A DNA stretch of 64,000 nt, from the IMG/VR virus record IMGVR_UViG_3300020050_015720. One strand, given 5' to 3'. The notes under the pieces were generated by a model. It did not search any database. It had not been told where the DNA came from and was given only the letters and a program-made list of their open reading frames with translations. This DNA is from a virus. Taxonomy: Duplodnaviria > Heunggongvirae > Uroviricota > Caudoviricetes. Made by a program: the position numbers and the translations under genes. Positions 21,401-28,400 of the stretch are shown in pieces; within the stretch, counting starts at the first letter, position 1; every line of letters starts with the position of its first letter.

Positions 21401-21782
21401 AGGAGCAAAATTGCGTGACTATTTGACGTCTAAAGTAGTATCTATCAGTCAACAAATCAATCTGTTAACAAGTCAGATGGCGGGGGCTACCTATGCAGAA
21501 CGAAGCCAGCTGAATGCCAAATTAAAGGATTTAAATGATAAGCTTTCAAAACTAAATGCAACAACTGAAACAGTTGCCAAAAATGACATTGTTCATAACT
21601 TTGCAACTAATCTTCTTGAGATGAAAAATAGAAAGGATCTTTTAACTCCTATCTCATTTGAAGATGTTGTGCGCAATAGGCATAGAATGCAAAAAGAGCT
21701 TTCCAACTTATTAACTGATGATATTAATTCTTCATTCTATAAGAAACTCGCAGAGTCCGGTTTAATTAAAATAAAATGCTAG
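9495..21782 (+). CDS. giant 4095-aa multidomain virion protein. It carries an SF1 helicase-like module, an HExxH motif and a DxDxD motif, and is a candidate virion-packaged RNA polymerase / ejected cargo protein.
   Basis: 12.3-kb ORF with no stop in the standard code. Motifs read from the translation: Walker A APAGAGKS, Walker B IIIDEAGG, YDPNQVTPG (helicase motif III-like) and YTALSRAR (motif VI-like); HELFH; DYDVD near the C-terminus. TAG stop overlaps the next ATG (ATGCTAG). Confidence 0.85.
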   Translation: MPDISQLISPVKHKAYARPRNEFGGQPIGSADTYLGSLLGNYYDKGLLDYENQANVRYNNQGYPTAIANFLGDLGVKTLSGAPTIVGAFTGLVEGSAKALSGGEFASGFEHNPFLDMGKAISTWGTEHFPHFQEANFHDKSFWDQLSSPGQLATANVETVSFLTQSFGLTGLLAKAATGSRVINALAKGKSFRDVLFNSGSQKLAKIASNIDELTLNTFLTVNESALEGIDSRDQVKRQLEVARQRGENELTDEQIADKANQSLTNVFWLNMATAGVTNNFFTKLVKPIFKPGVTSTRMNDLGLGLAKSSSKVVQAKAPLTAVEKLLYDQGNSYANFAKSIITQTFGEGLEENLQYSIQKANDATHNHSSFLDASKAYIKDVLEMDFADPDRVKAAGLGAIIGGGQSIVADLIGVGSVSQSRNYRQRQKDAETRLNSAYTDFFSTDVIERTPAKKGKLVAKPKEDGTQEYFNEIDGQVQKIDETQYQGLAAQYGADQDGNYEIASSIVLGDDGLPKKDMAKASALAADITYQGELDNLFDLEAGRPNPNPLKLKYFQLEKLNNLAQTAFNSGTTEQLIQKLETLQQATEEQAQAMGFSTAKELQEQVDGWKAHIERLEQNFLQVNNSLLSPTDETTLRGLKAYTANVGGRIVNLKALSEEIGKEINAVWQQDPIRASEIATAFNAGDIDALGKFKTKDALNEQQLANLLTQQKEAETALEELGQVYTKLIKPSTGFKAYKDAVSNKDFSGLRTVREGLKTLSLGEGATDKTVNSFLEKRATAIETEKKLKVAKTYFQSDVLAATVRLSNTGKDLADKIESLNKITQTLQEEDLSMYGDEIDLLKNEIAEVAETLQKEEEAILAKLPNGISVEELLEMEADELPDSILALLDEYDNIKALQSSAAPLIKDQQKTFDTLDARKTSPDFVDNIEAKELAAKEITQAAERIVEVSEFDGEKISEDYTALEAVKKQIAHLEALEKINLDSLGNNGKLIKSNAAILLPKLRLIKTLVEENLKNKDLKNTKENLFYAEATNELTPILTEDVLDPELTSMAVLDTLAQEPKKAIEIQEAYRKKAEEFLRSMKLLWTTGLGPRLTDESLVRILDNPSRGFLEVLRILEAKEKLNPLPKQNIDPLVNFNKNYDIVDFNTALGNYVGNATKEELAALVKLQAQLTALQHIQLAAEGGFNHVEFLSKIRKFIKNNPLLPLPSSAQIRVARELATFFSTPKNSGKLYSAGAALRAPAGAGKSLVVSKLLKHVLGLKDEEIISAAPYQLAAENIAESLGNPDNTNTIEQIIAKLESDTLGKVRTIIIDEAGGLTIETINKFASAVAKYNTLNEEAQVKYLFLYDPNQVTPGNVGRPALDLEFYDNFSATETEYHNGDKAVKEAFETGRRPITAVTGLPLVENLLQISPLSATYRADLDELIDLQNQYKSKEEVVEHNSSSSKDISLSAEEIEGSFAETGNSIVDSYKRSVRSNPARTRIILVGSKAKQAQYQASLPDATVLMVPEAAGIVRDEVYVDITKGDQVNFENVEVYNQWVYTALSRARKYAHLSNVPKASHIVDPTIAAQPKTTRTAEEVLKLLDERIKILEALTDVAVPSEEAPVPESKPKKEKEEEEEDITWEEDIPIDTPPQQPVVQGAHRLLHPTNATFKHDQGRDGINPLVPGEVLQIALDRTPKKDGTPASRYVILRKLGGDLFERIAVLGESENRRLEENLGISLQTLQPSTLSSTATPGVFRSPGLDSIEIINQASSAPLQYLYGEEPTEDFSSLARDANSGKITDIPLLRKYLNEMWGPSGDEQLENYSEILANPAKHVTIGVFKSAKDLDRWFPDATSIEDRPQIGPPYMMIHGLRTTTGKVVKTQFIRLAPTVLNTKTTNIEPLVKFIKTLEQFEKALASSKLPGAYSTLKLGGMVDIAGEKYFPFHELITHLSNTHTALVEGKEATLKLSPAPALNKLFPDVDGKKIPKKLLELASELDFLVHGNIEAGKRRSYKGEAQLIMDSIGSQNLVITTHNGKNIILRDYKVLDEEKDVKDTKGISLLGPIKFTRKKGLAYNPKINSALLNRLEAYRGSLVRRGKAGTPRFHFINELLETPGNKHLSPISLEDLKDVFLEGQDKTGTFSNISEGFGLRTPLPKSFDVSAETALENLPLELVTTHFTGVRHTVIDVALEAGVTSPLEQEQQRVERSELIRLKRRIEEFSKETSTKTIEQAITKEFSQKATGEFVSGLGAISLIEAVEKYREAHAQSQLYVTQNVAIITALKDVAKQESTALDNIKADLETSLDVKDTGRNQGDVASRDFIRASVLTRILNAINEQEVFTIADFARTDYYSGKKFDRARFDNDLESLIYEFEADEAIVRQKLQEVINHYNTLAQQAGLTERITYTELEDLYDIFDQLIPISSALRKKAREGSALPTVQAFDAESLDVPTGFSDYLEKLVALSDSPAEEFEDVFQSNFEYRDKVLSINPDDPMEGVTKLLEAIHTERSKRFLGENLGEEFSDVDVDNYVGRFTGKTPIQFLKSLFSNKKGELYQILEYGQLVNARGETVWGLYKNGITSFARLANGKISSRVVRHELFHKVFWEYLTPAEQVQALNLAREVYGELGVVELEEKLAESFETFVKTKTSNIFEILWNKLKRLLGFTYNNLSSVENFFNLIDNKAFYFKQRETPLVERAAMNLRSEFNSYTEYHQAKTFILAAYSEIQRNRPTTRVLSQSEILESVVERMKDFVESPSKFSAGITYTQEEAAQLRATLAKILKNGGLWRKLVNHYFGQTQTRGAVLKVLDAIKLKDIEEKEAKLAALLEGAPAEVEEGNEENVDTPESLTSELDALRAETFDSMLVDPHVKLTGAIKQRLITIKYWKNGKEDYADLNRAYSFLLERIASIPKHSIRGALEALKHNFKEFQGIRSKPNIRWATGNAMLNLFHDIETKLDAPNRLKNISFRKDATFKGVYAIYSLDGSSVEEVTLHTAKQFPTKYGVEHQQSTTHSFIELLANKVRVPYSSVGQAYYLFEDMDFLKSLLAAVASLRKSKPLAFIERWDFGIYKVINYIIKAGGGKRAHEANLRFFFNKYVETRLEAKEKKLFPQEFMDKLYNTNVKTIEEKRSLIKEFLNLIDVHKRITDASARSVELFFERLKLVAPKLQAGYATEKTDYETEEEYQEARSGETLLENEGSFIDELTDMLNSHFALGETHSYTRGDGKKAFGWIDSSYQTDLLTSLENALQGRPAKSFDTFSVQNGKVKSTDPFLSSNIFFNGLNTLFSYNEHDSWKQKGNERFAKFLRKENLNDFRKRHIVGNFISRVAASRGKYYQALPIPSNRTTIANVEVSVLKGAQIDKALLAIINAQKNRPDPKLLGNNPTYAKNYQSWRFAGLTGSTKDLSTTEAIEAVKKHVTTKVAELLPAFIRLPEKNAKVPISDKDLKAAASILNIGTAPEWKRNMSDEELNNYFEKRNQIVEKLIESFYFNFIINQYSLSQIIYGDEAFFANKEEQTKRIQIVTATGDTMLIDAVHGLPKESKVLVVEDLVREIPEDLEAAINASYGADYEASDAEGFMLPEFYEKIASAYGADALVDTVLKPVYFSIEKGVPTAVKYSVKVLTDELVAAFPHLATYREAMRNAKADQMVFKSGVKIGRPASPAKLGEDGRIHTNSISEGSFITLNNENLRFQLNPAHSVETSVAAPSQATAMQDTNGENTHEIYDLHLASATIIDNGVRQVSRDLRLTSKGTLTAASENLLRAKLIENLDGLDGAKDVYEILKTESKKQKASFNLPLIADRVVSSIGSMITAATTGFRFKGSKLVLQADLGPVEITNPDGSKEMRNLKWRDSEGYCEVILPEEYAAYMTVGDVLGLSNGLVGFRIPTTNYHSLLPMKVVGFYPKSAASQGNIIIAPSLIVYYHGSDYDVDSLFVIRKDYNDMKEALDLNTILSSVDPSHVYNPDLVTPVGEAYGYLNGKPITIEGAKLRDYLTSKVVSISQQINLLTSQMAGATYAERSQLNAKLKDLNDKLSKLNATTETVAKNDIVHNFATNLLEMKNRKDLLTPISFEDVVRNRHRMQKELSNLLTDDINSSFYKKLAESGLIKIKC
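13214..14160 (+). other. SF1 (Dda/RecD/Pif1-like) helicase domain embedded in the giant ORF
   Basis: Ordered motifs: GAGKS (about 13220-13243), DEAGG (about 13435-13450), DPNQVTPG (about 13540-13565) and TALSRAR (about 14124-14145). Confidence 0.6.
17235..17249 (+). other. HExxH (HELFH) zincin-like motif inside the giant ORF
   Basis: Single short motif (cac gaa tta ttt cac). No supporting third ligand was identified, so this is weak evidence. Confidence 0.25.
21225..21239 (+). other. DYDVD (DxDxD) motif. Candidate metal-binding catalytic motif of a crAss-type virion RNA polymerase.
   Basis: The sequence 'gac tat gac gta gac' in the context YYHGSDYDVDSLFVIRKDY. DxDxD / DxDGD motifs mark the two-barrel RNAPs (YonO, QDE-1, crAss-like virion RNAP). 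This is inference from the motif alone. Confidence 0.4.
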
Positions 21783-24700
21783 ATTGTAAAATAATTGTAA
21801 ACGAAAAAGAATTCTCTGTAGAGGAATTTAGGGCGTTTGTTTTCGAGAATGGATTAGGGGGCTTAAGTACTGAGCCCCTTTCTCCTCTTGCTGAAACACT
21901 AATAGAACGGTATGATCCATACGCTCAAGAACCTTCTTTATCAGAAGTTTGGGCTGCTCTTGAAAGCCAAAAAAATAACAAAGAAGTTAGGGCTTTTCAA
22001 AGTCAAGAAGAAGTTGATGCCGCTTTAACAGCACAAGGACAATTAACAGACTTCAGTGCTCAAGAACAGATAAGATATAATACCTATTCTGGTATCTCTC
22101 TTACTGGTATTGCGGCCAACTTTGGTAAGATGTTTTCATATCTTCTAAGTACAACTCCAATAGAATCTGTAATTGGTCCTGATAACTTTGTCTATATGGC
22201 AGGCAGTACCGAATTAAATAAGGTTTTAGTAGCAAATAAAGCAGCTACTATAGAAGGCCTAATACAAAAAAATATTGGGTTCAGGATTCAAAAACGAGAA
22301 GCTGTTAGACTAAAAGATATCTTTAAGACCACCGTAAATGGAACAACTATATCTGGATTTTCCAGACTTGATGAAAAACAGAAGAATGTATTTGAAACCA
22401 TAGATACAATAATCAACTTGGCTATTGACAACGTTAAGATGCAAAAACTGCACATATTAGGTATTACTAATAATAATGCTAATTTGTTCTTAACATTTCT
22501 TGGATTTGGCTTTCCGTTGAATACTGTTTCTAGAATATTTAAAACTCCAGCAGTAACTGCCCTAAGTGAGGGTGGGCGTTGGACTTCAGAGAAATTAAGA
22601 AAAGAACTCGTTAAGCTTACGGATGAGCTTATAAAAGATGATAATTGGCAAAACCGCCTTTATGAATTATACCCTGAGCAAGCGGATAAGCTCATAGGAG
22701 CCGTTCAGAAACAGAAGGGCATAAGCATGGCTTTCGGTCGATTATCGATTGAAACCTCAACACTTGATTCCATATACATAGGTAAAACAAGAGGAATCGA
22801 TAGACTTATTTCAGATCTAGTTGTACTTTCAAACCTAAGGAAACTTATCCCAGTAGGAGAAGAATTGTTTACTCATAGCCAGGTGTATAGTTCTTTGCGA
22901 GGATTACCAAACAAACGTTGGAAAGTAGATTCTGTAATAGGAAAGATTGAAAGATATACCAAGTTCGCAGATGAAAGTAACAGGGGTGCTGAACTACAAA
23001 AGGTACTTGTGGAAACACTAGCAGAAACCTTTAGGGAATCAGCAGAATATAAGGCTGCTCTTGAAGAATCAGAGGAAACAGCTGAAAAGCTACTTAAAGA
23101 GAGACTAGATAAGTATAAGGAAAATCCAGATCTATCAGATTTCTATTTTGCTCAGATCAGGGCCACTTTTGTAAACAAAATTCTTAGGAGAAGTTTATCA
23201 AGAAAGATAAAGCCTTCTGATAATTCTGCCTTTGAAAATTCTACACCTCTTAGGCTTCCACACGTGTTAGCCGCTTATAGAGCACTACTTCTTTACAAGA
23301 AGATCTTAGAAAACAGTTTCTTTGTCTATAATCCGATAGTGCAAGGATTTATAAATCGTTTTCTAAATGAGACTAATATATTCACACCGTTCGATCAACT
23401 AGAGAAGACAGATGAGGTTTCAAAAGAATTAATCAAATATCTTAGTGCTGATTTAGACTTTGATGTAAATGGTGTCCCATTCTCCACAAGCGTTCCATCT
23501 GATACTGTTTATCACACAGATAAAAAATCTTATTATGGGAAAGAAGCTTGGGGACAAAAGTTTATTTCTTCAGCCGGTAAGGTCCTGAGTATTGACTCTA
23601 GCAATGAGTTCTTAAATGCCCTAGAGATTATAACAAATAGAGATAAAGTTACAAAACTTCAAATCGTAGCAGACAAGGTAAGTGATGAGGAGATGCTAGA
23701 ACTTATAAGGGAAGACTTTGAAAAGCTTATACATAATAAAGAGGTAATACCAGGAACAGAAACATCTTGGGCTGATTTTGCTCGTGATCTATTTAAATAT
23801 TCGCTTATAAGCGACGGGATGTATTTTGAACGCACTGGATTATCACTTGTATTCCCTGCCGAATGGTCTATTGGTTATTCAAATGCTCAGGACGCAAGAC
23901 TAGAAGCAGTCATACCTAAAGACGATGCTAGAAGTGGTATTAATCTATCTCTTCTAAAAGATGCCTTTACATTTCAAATGCTTCGATCTAGACCCGATTT
24001 GGTTAGGCGCAATGATACTGCTCCAATGACTATTGCAAATGTAAAGATGTCATGGGGAAATAAGAAGATATTCCATGGAACTGCAAATTACGCCGACAAG
24101 AAGATACACTTTGACTTAAAATTTAATGTTCCTTTCTCAGATAATTCTCCTAGATTTATCCGTTTATATGGTAATGAAGTCTACATGTTAAAAAACACTC
24201 CTGGAAGTGAGTACACATACTATGTGCAACTAACAGAGCCAGGGGGTTCTCCTCACTATAGATTTTCTATAAATGATATAGATACTGCCTTTAGTTTGGA
24301 TAAATTAGAGTTTAATGGAAGAATAGTAAATAGATCTAATATACAAGGTAGCACTTTGACCGAAGCTATCGATGGTTACATTCTTGAAAAAGGAGATACA
24401 GTAGCCGCTTTTAATAGGCAAGACGCATCCGGCACAGAATTAACTATCTATGAAGTTACGCACGCAAGGCAGACCGATACTGAATACAGGTACACACTCC
24501 GATTTAAATCGAAGGTTCCATTAACAAAAACCGAGGTAGCTCCAGCTATCAGAAGTCTGGCTGGATCTTTCACATCAAGTAGAACTGGAACAACCGTTGT
24601 TGTAGATAAGATAAAGGAAATAAGGGAGAAGGCACTAAAACGGAATAATGTAATAGTCTCAACTTCAGAAATAGAAGAGGGTATAGTACTACCACTATCC

Positions 24701-25222
24701 CACATTACGAAGGATTCAACTCCTGAAGAAGTTCAAGCTGCGGTAAATAAGTCTATAACGTTATTAAATGAAATTCCTTCTAGTGCTAATGTTTACGTAG
24801 AAAAAGAATTACTAGAACCTCTAACTACTTGGCCTAATGCAAGAAGAGCTCTTGCTAGGCTTGTTTACAAAAAGACAGGTTTTTCTGATAGATACCTACC
24901 AGCAACATTGAATCACGACACTAGATTTAGTGAAGCTCAAAGAAGAGTTGAGTTGAATATACCAAGAGCTCTTGGTAGTGTGGAGGTAACATTCAACGAG
25001 GAAACAAAAGAACATACCATTCCTAGTCTTAGGGAATTTTCGGACGTAGAAGTAGGCCAAGTGGTGTATCTAAAAGAGAACACTTATGGCTACATAACAG
25101 ATGTTTCATCTCAAACCTTCTCTGTTTTAATGTTTGATTCAAAGACATTTTCAGCAATAGAAGATGGAAAATTAACCATGGAAGAATTCACTGAAGCTTA
25201 TAAAAAAATAAATAACTGCTAA
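21776..25222 (+). CDS. hypothetical virion-associated protein (1148 aa)
   Basis: Intact ORF with TAA stop. Confidence 0.75.
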   Translation: MLDCKIIVNEKEFSVEEFRAFVFENGLGGLSTEPLSPLAETLIERYDPYAQEPSLSEVWAALESQKNNKEVRAFQSQEEVDAALTAQGQLTDFSAQEQIRYNTYSGISLTGIAANFGKMFSYLLSTTPIESVIGPDNFVYMAGSTELNKVLVANKAATIEGLIQKNIGFRIQKREAVRLKDIFKTTVNGTTISGFSRLDEKQKNVFETIDTIINLAIDNVKMQKLHILGITNNNANLFLTFLGFGFPLNTVSRIFKTPAVTALSEGGRWTSEKLRKELVKLTDELIKDDNWQNRLYELYPEQADKLIGAVQKQKGISMAFGRLSIETSTLDSIYIGKTRGIDRLISDLVVLSNLRKLIPVGEELFTHSQVYSSLRGLPNKRWKVDSVIGKIERYTKFADESNRGAELQKVLVETLAETFRESAEYKAALEESEETAEKLLKERLDKYKENPDLSDFYFAQIRATFVNKILRRSLSRKIKPSDNSAFENSTPLRLPHVLAAYRALLLYKKILENSFFVYNPIVQGFINRFLNETNIFTPFDQLEKTDEVSKELIKYLSADLDFDVNGVPFSTSVPSDTVYHTDKKSYYGKEAWGQKFISSAGKVLSIDSSNEFLNALEIITNRDKVTKLQIVADKVSDEEMLELIREDFEKLIHNKEVIPGTETSWADFARDLFKYSLISDGMYFERTGLSLVFPAEWSIGYSNAQDARLEAVIPKDDARSGINLSLLKDAFTFQMLRSRPDLVRRNDTAPMTIANVKMSWGNKKIFHGTANYADKKIHFDLKFNVPFSDNSPRFIRLYGNEVYMLKNTPGSEYTYYVQLTEPGGSPHYRFSINDIDTAFSLDKLEFNGRIVNRSNIQGSTLTEAIDGYILEKGDTVAAFNRQDASGTELTIYEVTHARQTDTEYRYTLRFKSKVPLTKTEVAPAIRSLAGSFTSSRTGTTVVVDKIKEIREKALKRNNVIVSTSEIEEGIVLPLSHITKDSTPEEVQAAVNKSITLLNEIPSSANVYVEKELLEPLTTWPNARRALARLVYKKTGFSDRYLPATLNHDTRFSEAQRRVELNIPRALGSVEVTFNEETKEHTIPSLREFSDVEVGQVVYLKENTYGYITDVSSQTFSVLMFDSKTFSAIEDGKLTMEEFTEAYKKINNC

Positions 25223-25410
25223 TGATTTGTCCAAATAAAAATAGTGCGGAATGAAAAGAACTAGTAGCAAAATATGGAGAAGATCTAGCGCTAATTAAAT
25301 TTCATCAACAGCCCACCGAAATAGTCTCCCCCATAAGAGATAAAATTGCAAATGAGGTTGGAAGAGATCTTGAATATTATACTAAAAAGTATACTGACTA
25401 TTTAGGTGAT

Positions 25411-28400
25411 GTGGCAGATTTCTCTGGTGTTGTAGATCTTTTTGCGGCCAGATTTGACGGCTTAGATGCTAAGATAGATGGAGACATCGTACGCACGTCT
25501 AGTGGTACAATGGCTTTATTTCCTCCAACAAAAGAAGAGATAATTGCTACAACCGCCTTTTCCACTGGGTACACAAAAGAAGATCTAGAGAACGTACTTG
25601 TTAATTTATCAAAGAAGTTTGGATTTCCTTTTGAAACTATAAATGCCCCAGCGATAAAATGGAAAGGTAAATTCGTTCAGAGAAACGGTCAAATGTTAGT
25701 AATGGTAAACACTGCCCATGCTACAAAGGATACGCCTTTTCACGAATATTATCACCCCTTTGTAAATCTTTTGAGATTACAGAAGCCAGAAACATTTAAG
25801 GTTATATTAGATTCGGCTAATTCAAGAGATACTTCAAATCCTGAAGAAGTTGTTACAGATTATCTTGCTAGACTAGCAGTAAAGAACCCAACTTCTTTTT
25901 ATCTCAGTTATTTTCTACAATTTGTTAGAGATCTTCTTGGATTAAAAAATTCTTTAACTGCTTATTCAACCGTAGCGGATTTAAGGGGAAGAGCCCCAAT
26001 AGATGTAAGTGCTAGCGAACTTCCAGAGGCTTATCAGAGATTAGATGAAGTGGCTGATATGATGAAGAAGAAGTTTCCTGGGCAAGCTTCAGAAACACCT
26101 GACTACATTGCGGAACTATTAAAAGAATCAGCTAAGTATTCAACATCTGACACTAGTTCTTTTTACCAAGATGAGAGTGGTACTGATATTGCTAAACGTC
26201 TCACTGCCTTTATAGGCGACAAGTTATTTGGAGAATTCTCTAAGAAAGCAAGACGGTTCATGGATACTCCGGCTGAAGGGGCAGCTAAGAATTTCTATAA
26301 ACAGCGCGGAATAAACATTGATAAAATTGCTCCTAAAGATGTAACCCAATCTATAACTATCGGAGGAAATACCTATTCGTTTACAGAGATTGTTGCAGGA
26401 TTTGAAGAACGTTTTAAAGGAGCTAGATTAATTGGTAAATTAGTTCACGCATATATCTATTACAGACTGGAAGATAATGCGACCGAGAAGGCTAAAATTA
26501 AGCAACTTGCTGTTGGATATGCTCAAGAATTAGGTGAACCTTATACTACACTAGAAGCTCATCCACGCCTAAGTAAGATCCACGATAATTTTCAAAACAT
26601 ATTGGACGCTTCTGGTGTTATGATAGATACTACAGGTACAAAGGGCATTCCAAGATCTAAGCAGGACAAAGCTGCTCCAGAGATTGGTTTGGTATCAAAG
26701 TATCTAACTGATGCAGATGGAAATAAGTTGGGAACCACAGCGGATGGATTATTTGTCCATCAAAATGGAGATGTTACACTTCTTGACTGGAAAACCGGTA
26801 ATCTTACTAGTGATATGAGCACACCATATCTTATGGATTATGGTGATAAGTATGGTATAAATGATTCTAAATTATCAAAGGGTTATTTGGAACTAACCTA
26901 CCGTGCTATCATGTTAAAGGAAAAATTTCCTAACATGAAGTTTAGATCTATAAAGCTCGTGAAGGTAGACTACAAGGGGAAAGCAACTATAATGGAGCTA
27001 GACATCCAGCCGTATTTGTACACTATAGGAGACTACTACAAGCAAACTAATCCGGAGATTTATAACAAGTTAAAGGAAGCTAAGTTGTTAGAGGCGTCTT
27101 CCTATAAGGGTGAGGCTACCAGTATAATTGAGCTTCAGGATAGTATTTCTCATTTATCCACAAAGGAGAAACACCTTTATTTAAAAGAGAAATTAGGCAT
27201 CTTGCATGAGGGGAAGACAAAATCTGAAATTCAGAGTGATCCTAATATTAGAGTGCTGTCAAAGAAATATAGTGACGCCATACTCGAGCTAGAAAAGGAC
27301 GCCGCAACAGATCTGAACAGTAAATCAGAGGATCTCTCGTCTTTCTGGCAATTTAAGAACTTTTCAGATATTTCTAATCCAAAAGTCCAGACACTTCATA
27401 AGATAATTATGGATGCTAAGGCAAAGACACAGAAATATCTATTAGGAATAGAATCAGAACATGATAAGCTGTACCAAGCTGCCCTTAATAAAGAAGACCA
27501 AAGTTTACTCAAGAAGATACTTCTTGGTGGAGCAGCTGTTGCTAATGTGTATGGACTTTTCACATTTTCTCCACTATGGTTTGTCGGTAGTATTATTTCC
27601 CATAAGCTCTTATCAAGAGCCATGAACACCACAACAAAGAATCACTTTGCATTTATGTGGAGAGAATCTTCCGACTTAGAGCGTGGTGGGTACTATCTAA
27701 ATTTGCAGGATACTTATTTGAAAGATGGTGTAGAAGTGCCGCTTACACAGGCTCAAAAAAATTATAGGAGTTTTGTGTATTCTACTATGAAAAATGAGTA
27801 TGATAACTTTGCAAATACAGTAGTAGGATATAAGTTTGATAATCCATCGGTTCCATTATTCAGATATGAAAAGTTGGGCATACCTCAAACATTACCAGAA
27901 GATTTCCTGCCTAGGATACCAAAGCCTTTGGCTGAACTTCGTGAAGAAGAGGCTTTCTATGCTGGCGGTTTTGGATTTAAAACTGTTGTAGGACAGAGCG
28001 TAAAAAGAAACCTAACTAATTTCTTGGAGGATGCTTACACAAAAGAATCAGATGGTCTACCTCTGAAGTATTTTAAACATAGCGGGTCCTCTATAGTCAG
28101 TGATGTAAACCATAGTTGGAATGTTGATGCTTCTTTTAAGTATTTCATGGCTTCTTTGAAGGCGAAGGAGAGTTTGGATCCGGTATACGATATTGCGATG
28201 GGCGTCTATAATGGTCTTCAAGAAGATAAGGACGAGGCAGGAAAACCTCGTTATGATCGACTGGTAAAATGGTTAGATTCTCAAATTACTTTACAGGTTC
28301 TAGGGGATACAACTAAGGATAGTGTTTCTGCTAAAAAGATTACTCTAAAGGCTAATAAACTTACAGAAAAACTCACGGACATCCCCGAAGGGACGCCCAT

